A DNA stretch of 64,000 bases from Candidatus Kuenenia stuttgartensis (GTDB lineage Bacteria; Planctomycetota; Planctomycetia; Pirellulales; UBA1268). The stretch covers positions 114 to 64,113 of the forward strand of contig CAMBFA010000004.1 in assembly GCA_945865325.1 (NCBI GenBank), read 5' to 3'. Both the position numbers and the translations under genes were made by a program. The notes beneath the pieces were generated by a model. That model saw only the letters and a list, made by a program, of their open reading frames with translations, was not told the origin of the DNA and did no database searches. This document shows positions 1-9,980 of this stretch, in pieces. How positions within the stretch are numbered: position 1 is the first letter of the stretch; the number at the start of each line of letters is the position of its first letter.

Positions 1-1410
1 CAGCGCGTAGCGGAGAAACGACTGCCCCTCGCCACGGAAGATGTCCATCTTCATGCGGGCAATGGTGCTGCGGGCGGTCTCCTTGAGCTTCTGCGCCTCG
101 GCCTCGGCCTCGCCCGTCAGCCGGTTCATCTCCCCGTCAAGGATCGCCACCTCGGCCTCGTTTTTTGCCCGCATCTGTTCCAGGTTTCCTTCCGTGGTGG
201 CCTGCAGGTTCTCGACCTGCCCATCGAGCAGCGCCACCAACCGCTTCGTCTCCGCCTCCACCTTCTTCACCCCGAGCTCGACCATCTGCTTGGCTTCCTC
301 AACCTCGGCGGTGGTCTTGGCGGTGGCCTCCTTGGCCTTGTTGGTCAGCGTCTTCTGCGTGGCAAGTTGCTTGTCACGGACCTGCTCGAGATAGGTCTCG
401 GGAATGTCGATGTTGCGGATGAAGGCGGAATGCACGGTGACATGCTTCTCCGCGCAGGACTTCATCAATTCGCTCGTGAAGTCGTCCTGAAACTTCCGCC
501 GTTTGGCCCCCTCGAGCAGATCGATGATCCCGTACTCCGAGCCCTTGTCACGACCGATCGCGTGGGTCTGAAGATCGATGACGTTTTCCTCGATCCGGTT
601 CCGCGAGCCGTATTCCGCCACCAGCCTTGGCATGTCCTCCGGCAGGATCTCCCATTCCACGGTGCAGTCGATGCTGATCGGGAAGCCACCGCGGGAGGTG
701 AAGGTGATCGGCGGACGGGCCTGGGAGGCCCCCTTGGAGAAGGTGGTTTGGAAGATGCCCACCTCCGACGGGATGACATCGATTTCATGCGGGTTGATGT
801 AGTAGAGCCCGGGCTGGAGGACCGTGGGGAGAAAACCCTTCCGGTCGTCGGCCACGCTTCCGGCCGCGTCGGCCTCGATCAGCGCCGCATCGGTTTCCCG
901 CCCCACCAGCCGCCGCTGCACACCGACGAACCCAACCGGTATCTCCGTCGCCGGGGCTTCCGTCACCTTGAAACCGTGGAGGTTGATGCGGTAGCTGCCG
1001 GGGGGAAGGACCTCGCGCTGGATGCCCTGCTGCCCCGGCTCGGCGAGCACCATCCCCGGCGGGAGCGGCTCACCGCCGAGGGCCGTGACGATCCCGACCT
1101 GGCCAGCGGCGATCGACGTGTTGGGCTCCAGCTTCCCTTCGTAGGCGATCGGCAGGACGAAATGCCAGGCCTCGCCGAGAACTTTTTCCAGGGGCCCCTT
1201 TTGCCCCGGCTCGGCGAGCACGTGCCCCGGCGGCAGCGGAGCACCATCCTTGGCGAGGAGCACCAGATGCTGTCCCGGTGGCACATAGGTGAAGAATGAA
1301 TTCCAGGTGACGAGAAACGTCACCAAGCTTGCCAGGGCGACGACGGCCCAGAAGCCGAGAATCCATTTCCACCGTTCGATGCGGCGGGGGGGCGTGAACC
1401 GGATGTCCAT
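1..1410 (-). CDS. SPFH/band-7 (flotillin-like) membrane protein, paralog 1; 3' end lies beyond the window start
   Basis: Not in the ORF track because there is no in-window stop. Manual reverse-complement translation from the ATG at 1410..1408 gives MDIRFTPPRRIERWKWILGFWAVVALASLVTFLV... and stays open for 470 codons to position 1. It has an N-terminal TM helix and three repeats ending in PG.Y.IN (LPPGSYRINL, LQPGLYYINP). An SPFH-like core (ITFTSRGGFPISIDCTVEWEI) and an Ala/Glu/Lys coiled coil follow. The architecture matches the downstream ORF 1466..3064. Confidence 0.8.
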   Translation of the reverse strand, partial: MDIRFTPPRRIERWKWILGFWAVVALASLVTFLVTWNSFFTYVPPGQHLVLLAKDGAPLPPGHVLAEPGQKGPLEKVLGEAWHFVLPIAYEGKLEPNTSIAAGQVGIVTALGGEPLPPGMVLAEPGQQGIQREVLPPGSYRINLHGFKVTEAPATEIPVGFVGVQRRLVGRETDAALIEADAAGSVADDRKGFLPTVLQPGLYYINPHEIDVIPSEVGIFQTTFSKGASQARPPITFTSRGGFPISIDCTVEWEILPEDMPRLVAEYGSRNRIEENVIDLQTHAIGRDKGSEYGIIDLLEGAKRRKFQDDFTSELMKSCAEKHVTVHSAFIRNIDIPETYLEQVRDKQLATQKTLTNKAKEATAKTTAEVEEAKQMVELGVKKVEAETKRLVALLDGQVENLQATTEGNLEQMRAKNEAEVAILDGEMNRLTGEAEAEAQKLKETARSTIARMKMDIFRGEGQSFLRYAL

Positions 1411-1465
1411 GAAAGCGTGCTCCTCAACTGGCCGTCGTGTGAATCGGGATCTGTGGGCGTCTTCG

Positions 1466-3064
1466 TCAGGGGGCAGGATTCGGGGGGGACGGCGCGACGG
1501 CTTGGGGGAGCGTGTCGGCGCCGGTGGTGGGCACGAGCAACGTGGAGAAGAGGCGGCCGAACTCACTTTCGTCGGAAGCAAAAATCTCCCCCAGGGACGG
1601 CGCCAGCCGCTTGAGCACGGCATGACGGGCGAACAGCTCCGGGCTGCCGAAGCCTTCCACGCTCGTCCGCAGCGCCGCCACCTCCGCCTCGTTTTGGGCA
1701 GTGATCACCGCCGCTTCCGCCTCGGCCCGGGCCTTTACCGCCTTGGCCTGCTCCCGGGCCGCCTCGAGTTGGCTCGTCGCCACCGTGACCATCGCGGTGA
1801 GCTTTAGTTTCTCTACATCGAGAAGCTGTTCGGCCTCGGTCTCCGCCTGGGCGAGCCTGGTCTCGGCGAGCACCCGCTCCCGGTTTTGGTCGACGGCGGC
1901 CTCCTGGGACTTGAGGGCCTGCTCGTTGGTGTATTGCTTCACCATCTCCACGTTTCTCTGCTGCTCGGCTAGGGCGCTCTCCCGGTCGGAGATCTCCAAG
2001 GCCAGCTCCTTTGGAGGCTCCATTTGCCCGACAGCGATGGCGCGGATGTCGATGCCGAGCTCTTTGCAGCGGGGCTTGACCGCCTCGAGCAGCGCCTGGC
2101 GAAAGCGCTCACGGCTGTTGATGACCGCCACGTCGGCCTCCCCGGGAACGAGGATGAAGTCGGTGGCGTTGAAACTGCTCCCCTCGAGCCTGGCAAACCC
2201 ACGGATGTGGGGCAGCACCACCTTTTGGAGGATCTCGTTGCGGCCGATCTCGTCGCGCGATTGGTCCCCCTGGAAGATCTTCCCCTCGTCGGTGATCCGC
2301 ACGAGGAGCTCCGCGGCCAATTCCCTGTCCACCGCATACTCCACCTGGATGTGAGGCTTGAGCGTGAATCCGTCGCGGGAGGGAAACGAGATGTCGTCGA
2401 AGTCGACCTTGTGGCTGCGGATCTCGATCGGCGTAATCTCCTCGACGAAGGGATTGATGTAATACGTACCGGGGGGGAGGTAGCGCTGCTGGACGCCGCG
2501 GTAGCCCTCCTCGGCCACGACATAGCTCCCCTGGCGCTTGTCTGCAGGCAGCGTTCCCGGGTCCTTGCCCACCTTGCGGGTGCGAACCCCGACAAACTGG
2601 GCCTTCACCTCGACGGCGTCGACCACCTTCAGATCGTAGGCGTGGGGATTGAGCGAATAGGTTCCCGGCGTGAGCGGCTCGGCGACGATGCCGCGCTCGC
2701 CGTCATGGGCGAGGAGCTCACCGGCAGCGATCCGCTCGGGGGGAATGCGCAAGCCAAACTTGCGGGTGAGGATCCCGCACTTGCCGGCAGGAATATCGAC
2801 CATCTCGTGGATTTCGTGGCCGTAGAGGAGCGGATTGAGAAAATGCCTCCCCGGACCACGGACGGTCTCCAAAACCCCCTTGTACGAGTCGTCGGGGGCC
2901 AGGATCGAGTCGGGCTCCAGGTTCCTCCCCCAACGGTGGATCACCACGAGGAAACGGCCGGTCGGTACCTCGACCCGCTCCACCTCCCACTTCCAGAACA
3001 GCTGCGCCACGCCGAGCGCCGCCGCTGCCACCACCAGCCAGATAACTACCCGTCCACTCGCCAT
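1466..3064 (-). CDS. SPFH/band-7 (flotillin-like) membrane protein, paralog 2
   Basis: 532-aa ORF. N-terminal TM helix (VVIWLVVAAAALGVAQLF). Three repeats (GRHFLNPLLYG / LTPGTYSLNPH / LPPGTYYINPF). SPFH-like core (FPSRDGFTLKPHIQVEYAV ... GIDIRAIAVGQMEPPKEL). C-terminal flotillin-like Ala/Glu coiled coil (ARAEAEAAVITAQNEAEVAAL). Confidence 0.85.
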   Translation of the reverse strand: MASGRVVIWLVVAAAALGVAQLFWKWEVERVEVPTGRFLVVIHRWGRNLEPDSILAPDDSYKGVLETVRGPGRHFLNPLLYGHEIHEMVDIPAGKCGILTRKFGLRIPPERIAAGELLAHDGERGIVAEPLTPGTYSLNPHAYDLKVVDAVEVKAQFVGVRTRKVGKDPGTLPADKRQGSYVVAEEGYRGVQQRYLPPGTYYINPFVEEITPIEIRSHKVDFDDISFPSRDGFTLKPHIQVEYAVDRELAAELLVRITDEGKIFQGDQSRDEIGRNEILQKVVLPHIRGFARLEGSSFNATDFILVPGEADVAVINSRERFRQALLEAVKPRCKELGIDIRAIAVGQMEPPKELALEISDRESALAEQQRNVEMVKQYTNEQALKSQEAAVDQNRERVLAETRLAQAETEAEQLLDVEKLKLTAMVTVATSQLEAAREQAKAVKARAEAEAAVITAQNEAEVAALRTSVEGFGSPELFARHAVLKRLAPSLGEIFASDESEFGRLFSTLLVPTTGADTLPQAVAPSPPNPAP

Positions 3065-3065
3065 G

Positions 3066-3848
3066 TCAGACCTCCCCTTCGCGGATTGTCCGTTTCAACC
3101 GGGCTAGTTCGTCGTCGAGCTCGTCGTTTGGGGCTACCGGCGGATTAAGGGGGGGCGCCGCCTTGACGATCGCCCCGTCCCCCTCGAGGGCTTTTCGCAG
3201 ATCGGCTTCGACCCGGCCGATGGCCCGGGCCGAGATCTGCTTCTCCTCCACCATGTTTTCCGCCTGTTTCCAAGTGCCGACCGCGCTGAACGGGTCGAAC
3301 TCACTGGCGATCCGGTATTGCTGTTCGACAGTCTTGGCCTCGGCGAGTTGGGCCAGAAGGAGCTCACGCCCCACTTCATACTGCCGGAGCTGGAGCTCTG
3401 CGGCGTAAAGGTTGCGGCGGATGTCGTCGATCTGCCGGGCGTGCCGGGTTCGCTGCTCGCTGAAAGCGGCGAGGGCCTGCCGCTCCAGATTGCTCTTGAA
3501 GAGCACCCCCTTGGCATTGAGGTCATCGCCCCGCCTGGCCGCCTCCCGGGCCTCTCCATCGAGTGTGGCGAGATTGGCCTCGCTCTGCTCGATGTTGCGT
3601 TCGAGCGTTGCATCGGCGGCGTGGGCCTTTTCGAGGGTCTGGTTGAGCGAGCCGACCATCGCGCGGTACTGCTGCACCACCTGCTCGATGACCTCCTCCG
3701 GCTCCTGCTTCCGCTGCCAGATCTGCGCCCAGAAGCGACTGACGATCGCCCGGCAGCGGGCGGGCCCGACCGCCATGGCAAAAAGCATGATCGGCACGCC
3801 GACGAACAGCAGCCCGCGGAGGATGAGATACTCAAAGAGGCGTGGCAT
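3066..3848 (-). CDS. PspA/IM30-like coiled-coil protein with N-terminal TM helix (tentative family call)
   Basis: Internal start MPRLFEYLILRGLLFVGVPIMLFAMAV at 3848 inside ORF 3066..4025; the upstream part of that ORF is Arg/Gly junk. The rest is long heptad-like helices whose layout resembles PspA (SRFWAQIWQRKQEPEEVIEQVVQQYR..., ...WKQAENMVEEKQISARAIGRVEADL). The stop at 3066 lies 1 nt from the ATG of the next gene at 3064. Confidence 0.55.
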   Translation of the reverse strand: MPRLFEYLILRGLLFVGVPIMLFAMAVGPARCRAIVSRFWAQIWQRKQEPEEVIEQVVQQYRAMVGSLNQTLEKAHAADATLERNIEQSEANLATLDGEAREAARRGDDLNAKGVLFKSNLERQALAAFSEQRTRHARQIDDIRRNLYAAELQLRQYEVGRELLLAQLAEAKTVEQQYRIASEFDPFSAVGTWKQAENMVEEKQISARAIGRVEADLRKALEGDGAIVKAAPPLNPPVAPNDELDDELARLKRTIREGEV

Positions 3849-4109
3849 CGCTCGCACTCCCGCGTGGCTGACGCGGTCATCCGATTTACCCCCTTTTTCG
3901 AGGGACACCCCCGACTCTACCTCGGATCTTGCCCGTCTGCCACCATTTGGCCGACCGGATTCATCGGTAAAACCACTCCGACCGGCGCGGCTCCGGCAAC
4001 CGCCGGCTCGGAGCCGAGAGCGCACCGCTCATTCCTGGCCAGCGCCCGCTGTGTGGGGTGGGGAGGCCGAAACGGGGCTGCCGGGAAAGGCACCCGGGAA
4101 TCGACCGCG

Positions 4110-5501
4110 TCAGCTGTGGATCGCGTTCCCCGACACGGCCATGGCCGCTTCCTTGAGCGCTTCCGGCAACGTCGGATGGGCGTGGCAGACGCGGGCGATG
4201 TCCTCGGCGGTGGCGCCGAAGGCCATCGAAGCCGCCGCCTCGCCGATGATGTCGCCCGCGGCCGGACCGATGATGTGGATCCCCAGCACCCGATCGGTGG
4301 CTGCATCGGCCAAGACCTTCACCTTGCCGATCGTGTCGTTGATCGTCCGGGCCCGGCCGTTGGCGCGGAACGGAAACACCCCTTTGCGGTACTTCCGCCC
4401 CTCGGCGTTGAGCTGCTCTTCCGTCTTGCCGACGGCGGCGATCTCCGGGTGGGTGAACACGACCGCCGGCACGAGGTCGTAATCGACATGCGCGTGGCCG
4501 GTCTTCATCCCCTCAACACACGCGACGCCATCCTCTTCCGCCTTGTGGGCGAGCATCGGCCCTAGGATACAGTCGCCGATCGCCCACACGCCGGCGGCCG
4601 AGGTGCGGAACAGGCCGTCGACCGGAACATACCCGCGCTTGTCGGGCTGGATGCCGACGGAGTCGAGGCCGATGTCGGTGGTGGCCGGGCGTCGGCCGGT
4701 GGCGGCGAGCACGCGATCACAGTGGATCGGCTCGAGCCCCTCGCACTCCACCACGGCGCCGCCCGACTTCACCGCACGGGCACCATTCACCTTGGCGCCG
4801 AGCCGGATGTCGAGCCCCTGCTTGCGGAACTGCACCAGCGCCTCCGAAGCGACGTCGGCATCGATCCCGGCCAGGATCCGATCGGCGTATTCGAGGACCG
4901 TCACCTTGGCGCCGAGGCGGCGCCAGACGCTGCCGAGCTCGAGGCCAATGTAGCCGCCGCCGATCACGACCAGATGCCCGGGGACGGCGTCGTACGAAAG
5001 CGCCTCGGTGCTCGTCCCCACGATGCCGCCGTCGACCTCAACACCCGGCAGCACGATGCTCGAGCTCCCCACCGCGAGGATGATCCGGGCAGACTCAAGG
5101 AGCGACTTCGTGCCGTCGGCCCCGGTCACTTCGACGCGCCCCGGCCCGGCGATCCGGCCGGTGCCGCGAATCCGGGCGATCTTGTTCTTCGCCAACAGGC
5201 CGTCGATCCCCTTGCAGAGCGTGGCGACGACCTCTTCCTTGCGCTTGAGCATCGCGGCCAGATCGAGGGCCACCGAGCCGACCTGGACGCCGTGATGGGC
5301 AAGCTCACCCCGGGCTTCCTCGTATTTGTGGCTCGACTCGAGGAGCGCCTTGGAGGGGATGCACCCGACCCGTAGGCAGGTGCCGCCGAGGCGGTCTTCC
5401 TTCTCGATCACGGCGGCGGAGAACCCGAGTTGGGCGGCACGGATGGCGGCCACATAGCCGCCGGGACCGGCACCGATCACCAGCACGTCATACGCTTGCA
5501 T
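4110..5501 (-). CDS. lpdA: dihydrolipoyl dehydrogenase (E3), OGDH-adjacent copy
   Basis: Starts MQAYDVLVIGAGPGGYVAAIRAA (FAD GxGxxG). Redox-active disulfide GGTCLRVGCIPSK. C-terminal HAHPTLPEA interface motif. The start at 5501 was chosen inside ORF 4110..5564. Confidence 0.93.
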   Translation of the reverse strand: MQAYDVLVIGAGPGGYVAAIRAAQLGFSAAVIEKEDRLGGTCLRVGCIPSKALLESSHKYEEARGELAHHGVQVGSVALDLAAMLKRKEEVVATLCKGIDGLLAKNKIARIRGTGRIAGPGRVEVTGADGTKSLLESARIILAVGSSSIVLPGVEVDGGIVGTSTEALSYDAVPGHLVVIGGGYIGLELGSVWRRLGAKVTVLEYADRILAGIDADVASEALVQFRKQGLDIRLGAKVNGARAVKSGGAVVECEGLEPIHCDRVLAATGRRPATTDIGLDSVGIQPDKRGYVPVDGLFRTSAAGVWAIGDCILGPMLAHKAEEDGVACVEGMKTGHAHVDYDLVPAVVFTHPEIAAVGKTEEQLNAEGRKYRKGVFPFRANGRARTINDTIGKVKVLADAATDRVLGIHIIGPAAGDIIGEAAASMAFGATAEDIARVCHAHPTLPEALKEAAMAVSGNAIHS

Positions 5502-5621
5502 CGGCCAGCCCACTCCTCTCACTCGCCCGCCATCGGCCGGGGACCTTCCCCGACCATCCGCCACGGCATTCCCTCGACGGGGCGTGCCGGCCGGTGAATC
5601 ACCCCGTCGACAAGGCCCGGT

Positions 5622-6866
5622 TCAGACTTCGAGGATCAGACGGGTCGGATCCTCAATCGTGTCTTTGATCTTCTTCAGGAATGTGACCGCTTCGCGACCG
5701 TCGACGAGGCGATGGTCATACGTCAGCGCCAGATACATCATCGGCCGGATCACGACCTGCCCGTCGATGGCCACGGGGCGGTCGGTGATCGCGTGGAGAC
5801 CGAGGATGCCACTCTGCGGCGGGTTGATGATCGGGGTGCTCATCATCGATCCGTAGACACCGCCGTTGGAGATGGTGAACGTCCCCCCCTGGAGCTCGTC
5901 GAGCTTGAGCTTGTTATCGGCTGCCCGCTTGGCGAAGTCGGTGATCCCGAGCTCGATCTGCGCAAACGACAGCGTCTCGGCATTCCGCAGCACCGGCACG
6001 ACGAGCCCCTTGCCACCGCCGACGGCGATGCCGATGTCGGCGTAGTCACGGTAGATGATGTGCGGGTCGCGGAACTCGGCGTTGACCTGGGGCACCGTTC
6101 GCAGCGCCTCGACGGCGGCCCGCACGAAGAACGACATGAACCCGAGCTTCACCCCGTAGCGCTGGAGAAAGACATCCTTGAACTTGTTCCGCAGCGCCAT
6201 CACGGCGCTCATATCGACTTCGTTGAAGGTCGTGAGGAGCGCCGCCTGCTGCTGGGCCTCGACGAGCCGTTCGGCGATCCGACGACGGATCGGGCTGATG
6301 AGCACCGCCCGCTCCTCCCGCGCCCCCGGGAGACGCCCTGGCGGCGCGGCGGCCGGTGCCAGCTTCGACACCGGGGCCGGTGCCCGTGCAGCGGCGACCG
6401 CTCCGAGCGCATCATCTTTGGTCACCCGGCCCCCGGGCCCGGTGCCGGTCGCGGCCGACACTGCGACACCGGCTTCGCCGAGCACGCGTGCCGCGGCCGG
6501 CATCACTCGTGTACCGTCGCCGGCCGACATCTGCACCGAGCCGATGTCGACCCGACTGCCGGTCCGCTTCACGTCGACGACCGGCTGGCTACCGGGGGCC
6601 GCCGGAGGGGCAGCCGCCGCGGCCGATCCGGCCGGCTCGAGGTACCCGATCACCTCGCCAACGCGCGCCTTCTCGCCACTCGCTTTGAGGATCTTCGTGA
6701 CGATGCCGGCGGCAGGTGCCGGAAGCTCGACCGTCGCCTTGTCGCTCTCGATCTCCACGATCGAGTCGTCCATCGCGACCCCTTCCCCCTCGCGCTTCTT
6801 CCAGGTGCCGATCTGCACCTCGGTGATCGATTCGCCGACTTCGGGGACTTTGAGTTCGATGGGCAT
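5622..6866 (-). CDS. sucB: dihydrolipoamide succinyltransferase (E2o)
   Basis: Start [17 protein letters not shown] at 6866 (single lipoyl domain, ESDKATVEL). Ala/Pro linker. Catalytic [17 protein letters not shown]. The upstream 151 codons of ORF 5622..7319 are Ser/Arg-rich and overlap sucA. Confidence 0.9.
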   Translation of the reverse strand: MPIELKVPEVGESITEVQIGTWKKREGEGVAMDDSIVEIESDKATVELPAPAAGIVTKILKASGEKARVGEVIGYLEPAGSAAAAAPPAAPGSQPVVDVKRTGSRVDIGSVQMSAGDGTRVMPAAARVLGEAGVAVSAATGTGPGGRVTKDDALGAVAAARAPAPVSKLAPAAAPPGRLPGAREERAVLISPIRRRIAERLVEAQQQAALLTTFNEVDMSAVMALRNKFKDVFLQRYGVKLGFMSFFVRAAVEALRTVPQVNAEFRDPHIIYRDYADIGIAVGGGKGLVVPVLRNAETLSFAQIELGITDFAKRAADNKLKLDELQGGTFTISNGGVYGSMMSTPIINPPQSGILGLHAITDRPVAIDGQVVIRPMMYLALTYDHRLVDGREAVTFLKKIKDTIEDPTRLILEV

Positions 6867-6933
6867 GATGGCAGTGCCGGGGAGGGAGTGGATGGTGGAT
6901 GGGGAGGTTATTCGTGAAGGGCAAGGCCCCGCG

Positions 6934-9906
6934 TCACGATTGGAACGCCGCGGAGAGCAGTTCATTCTGCTCCATGTCGTGGCTCTTCTTCGATCCGGTC
7001 GCAGGGCTCGCGGCGCTCTGCCGACAGACCCCCGAGAAGGGGAAACGATCGAGGAGCTTTTCGCCGAAGTGAACTCGGTAGAAACGCCACGCCCCCATGT
7101 TCTCCGGCTCCTCCTGCACCCACACCGCCGGCGTGCCGACGGCATAGGCACCGATCGCCGCCTCGATATCGGCCTTGGGGAGGGGATAGAGTTGCTCGAC
7201 GCGGACGATCGCGACGTCGTGGCGGCCGAGATCCTGACGGCGCTTCTCGAGCTCGTAGGCGATCTTTCCCGCGCAGAGGAGGATCCGCCGGACATCGCGG
7301 GCCCCAGCGCCGGAGGCATCGGGGATCACGCGGCGGAAGGTTCCCGACGTCAGCTCCGCCAGCGGCGACACGCACTCCGGATGCCGGAGGAGACTCTTGG
7401 GAGTCATCACCACCAGCGGCTTCCGCCAGGTGCGGAGCATCTGGCGGCGGAGGAGATGGAACATCTGGGCGGGTGTCGTCGGCGTGACCACCTGGATGTT
7501 GTCCTTCGCGGCGAGCGACAGGAATCGCTCCAGGCGGGCGCTGGAATGCTCCGGGCCCTGGCCCTCGAAGCCGTGCGGTAGGAGCATCACGAGCCCCGAG
7601 AGACGGTTCCACTTGTCTTCGGCGCTGACGATGAATTGGTCGATAACGACCTGGGCACAATTGACGAAATCGCCGAACTGTGCCTCCCACATGACGAGGC
7701 CGTCTGGACAGTCGAGGCTATAGCCGTACTCGAAGCCGAGCACCCCAGCCTCGGACAACGGGCTGTTGAAGATCTCGACCGGGGCCTGCTCGGAGCTGAG
7801 GTGCTCGAGCGAGCAGTAGGTCTCGTCGGTGACGCAGTCGTGGATCACGGCATGACGGTGGCTGAAGGTTCCCCGTTGGCAATCCTGCCCGGAGAGCCGC
7901 ACCCGCATCCCCTGCGTGGCGAGCGTTCCCAGCGCCAGAGCCTCCGCGGCCGACCAGTCGAGCGGCTGGTTGCCCTCGGCCATCTGCTGGCGGACTTCAA
8001 GGAACTTCTGGATCTTGGGGTGGGGCTGGAAGCCCTCGGGAAGACGGATCAACTGCCGGAGCATATGGGTGAGGAGCTCGGCCCTCACACCCGTGTCGAC
8101 GTCGATCGAATCCCGCTCCCGGCCTCCGGTGTAGGCCGCCCAGACGCCGGCCAGCTCGTTGGAATGGACGTAGTCGTCGCTCTTGGCCACCGAGAGTTCG
8201 GCGTCGAGCTTCGCCCGGTGTTCCTCGGAGATCTGCATCGCCTCCTCGCGCGTCACCTCGCCGAGCTTCAGAAGCTTCTCGAGGTAGCTCTCGTGGACGC
8301 TCGGCCGCTTCTCGATGACGCGGTACAGCGCCGGCTGGGTGAACGCCGGTTCGTCGGCCTCGTTGTGGCCGCGGCGCCGGAAGCAGTACATGTCGATAAC
8401 GACATCCCGCTGGAACTCGCGGCGGAAGTCCATCGCCAGATTGACGACCTGTGCGACCGCCTCCGGATCCTCACCGTTGACATGAAAGATCGGGATCTGA
8501 AGCATCTTCGCCACGTCGGTGGCGTAGGTGCAGGAGCGGGCCTCGCGGGGGCCTGTCGTGAACCCGATCTGGTTGTTGACGACGACATGGAGCGCGCCGC
8601 CGATGCGGTAGGCGTCGAGCTCGCTCAAATTGAGCGTCTCCTGGATGACTCCCTCGCCGGCGAAGGCGGCGTCGCCGTGGATCAGCAGCACCATCCCCGT
8701 CTGCCGGGCGAAATCGCTGATCCGGTCCTGGCGGGCCCGGACGCGTCCGATGGCGACGGGATCGACGAACTCGAGGTGGCTGGGATTGAAGCAGAGCGTG
8801 AGGTGGACGTTGCGGCCGTTGGCGGCACGGTGATCGCTCGAATGGCCGAGGTGATACTTCACATCGCCGCGGCCGACATGGAGCTCCGGGTCGAGATCGG
8901 CAAACTCGCGGAAGATCCGCTGGGCGCTCTTCCCCATGACATTGGCGAGGACATTGAGCCGGCCGCGGTGCGCCATGGCGAGGACGACGTCGCCGATCCC
9001 CTGCGTGGCCGCGCGCTCGATCGCCATCTCGAGGAGCGGGACGAGCGATTCGCCCCCCTCGAGGGAGAAGCTCTTCGCCCCGAGGAACCTCTTTTGGATG
9101 AACTCCTCGAACACCGCCGCACAGGTCATCTGCCGGTAGATGCGCAGTTGCTGGCGCCGATCGAGTTGCACTCGGTTCTCGCACCCCTCCATCCGCACCT
9201 GGAGCCATTGCCGGACCCGCAGATCGTCCATGTGCATGAACTGCACACCGATCGCCCGGCAGTAGGTGTTCCGCAGGCGCTGAATGATCTCCCGCAGCGG
9301 CATCGACTGCGGGCCCTCGATCGTGTCGGTGGAGAACGTCCGGTCCATGTCCTCCTCGGTGAGGTGATAGAACCGGGGATCGAGCTCCGGCAGGCCCGGG
9401 CGGGGCCGACCGAGCGGATCGATCTCCGCCATCAGGTGGCCGCGGACCCGGTAGGCCCGGACGAGCTGGTCGACGCGGTCCTGGAGAAACGCCACTCGCT
9501 CTTCGGCAGCATTGCCGGTTGTCAACGGCAGCGGCAGCGGCATCGCCTCACCGACCGGGGCATCGGGGAGCCGGATATTCCCCCCGGCGACGGCGACGGC
9601 GTGGGCCGTGGCGATGCCGTCGGGTGTTACCAGGAGGTCGCCGGTGTCGCCGTGATACTGGGTGCCGTGGTACTGGCTCCCGTGGAGCGGCGTGCCGGCA
9701 TGGCCGTTCGATGCCGGGGCGTGGCCATCCGCACCAGCTCCCAACGACGGAGACCTTCCCGCCCCCTCCGGCCCGTCGAGAGCTTCGAAGTACTCCCGCC
9801 ACTGGGCATCGACACTCATCGGATCGGCGACGTACTGGTCAAATAATTCCTCGAGAAACGCGAGGCTGGCGGTTCCGGCGGCGTCGAGGCGATCGGGAAG
9901 GCTCAC
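6934..9906 (-). CDS. sucA: 2-oxoglutarate dehydrogenase E1 component
   Basis: 990-aa ORF. N-terminus [26 protein letters not shown]. Contains [17 protein letters not shown] and the ThDP-region [17 protein letters not shown] ... [14 protein letters not shown]. Confidence 0.93.
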   Translation of the reverse strand: MSLPDRLDAAGTASLAFLEELFDQYVADPMSVDAQWREYFEALDGPEGAGRSPSLGAGADGHAPASNGHAGTPLHGSQYHGTQYHGDTGDLLVTPDGIATAHAVAVAGGNIRLPDAPVGEAMPLPLPLTTGNAAEERVAFLQDRVDQLVRAYRVRGHLMAEIDPLGRPRPGLPELDPRFYHLTEEDMDRTFSTDTIEGPQSMPLREIIQRLRNTYCRAIGVQFMHMDDLRVRQWLQVRMEGCENRVQLDRRQQLRIYRQMTCAAVFEEFIQKRFLGAKSFSLEGGESLVPLLEMAIERAATQGIGDVVLAMAHRGRLNVLANVMGKSAQRIFREFADLDPELHVGRGDVKYHLGHSSDHRAANGRNVHLTLCFNPSHLEFVDPVAIGRVRARQDRISDFARQTGMVLLIHGDAAFAGEGVIQETLNLSELDAYRIGGALHVVVNNQIGFTTGPREARSCTYATDVAKMLQIPIFHVNGEDPEAVAQVVNLAMDFRREFQRDVVIDMYCFRRRGHNEADEPAFTQPALYRVIEKRPSVHESYLEKLLKLGEVTREEAMQISEEHRAKLDAELSVAKSDDYVHSNELAGVWAAYTGGRERDSIDVDTGVRAELLTHMLRQLIRLPEGFQPHPKIQKFLEVRQQMAEGNQPLDWSAAEALALGTLATQGMRVRLSGQDCQRGTFSHRHAVIHDCVTDETYCSLEHLSSEQAPVEIFNSPLSEAGVLGFEYGYSLDCPDGLVMWEAQFGDFVNCAQVVIDQFIVSAEDKWNRLSGLVMLLPHGFEGQGPEHSSARLERFLSLAAKDNIQVVTPTTPAQMFHLLRRQMLRTWRKPLVVMTPKSLLRHPECVSPLAELTSGTFRRVIPDASGAGARDVRRILLCAGKIAYELEKRRQDLGRHDVAIVRVEQLYPLPKADIEAAIGAYAVGTPAVWVQEEPENMGAWRFYRVHFGEKLLDRFPFSGVCRQSAASPATGSKKSHDMEQNELLSAAFQS

Positions 9907-9980
9907 GGCTGCGATCCAATGCTTACGGTGGGACGACGGGGCGGCGGCATCCCGCCTCCACCCCCCGGATGGGAACGGTG

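Noticed and set aside
5622-7319. Full-length use of listed ORFs whose 5' parts extend far upstream. Examples: sucB 565 aa, aceF 559 aa, aceE 1168 aa, lpd 528 aa, hemC 400 aa, nuoI 247 aa, TPR 1537 aa.
   Set aside because: The upstream extensions are Arg/Ser/Pro-rich, overlap the preceding gene, and precede canonical N-termini that start at an internal ATG or GTG (e.g. [39 protein letters not shown]). I trimmed the starts accordingly.
7636-9846. 736-aa + strand ORF
   Set aside because: It is antisense to sucA (990 aa with clear E1o motifs) and shows no recognisable motifs.
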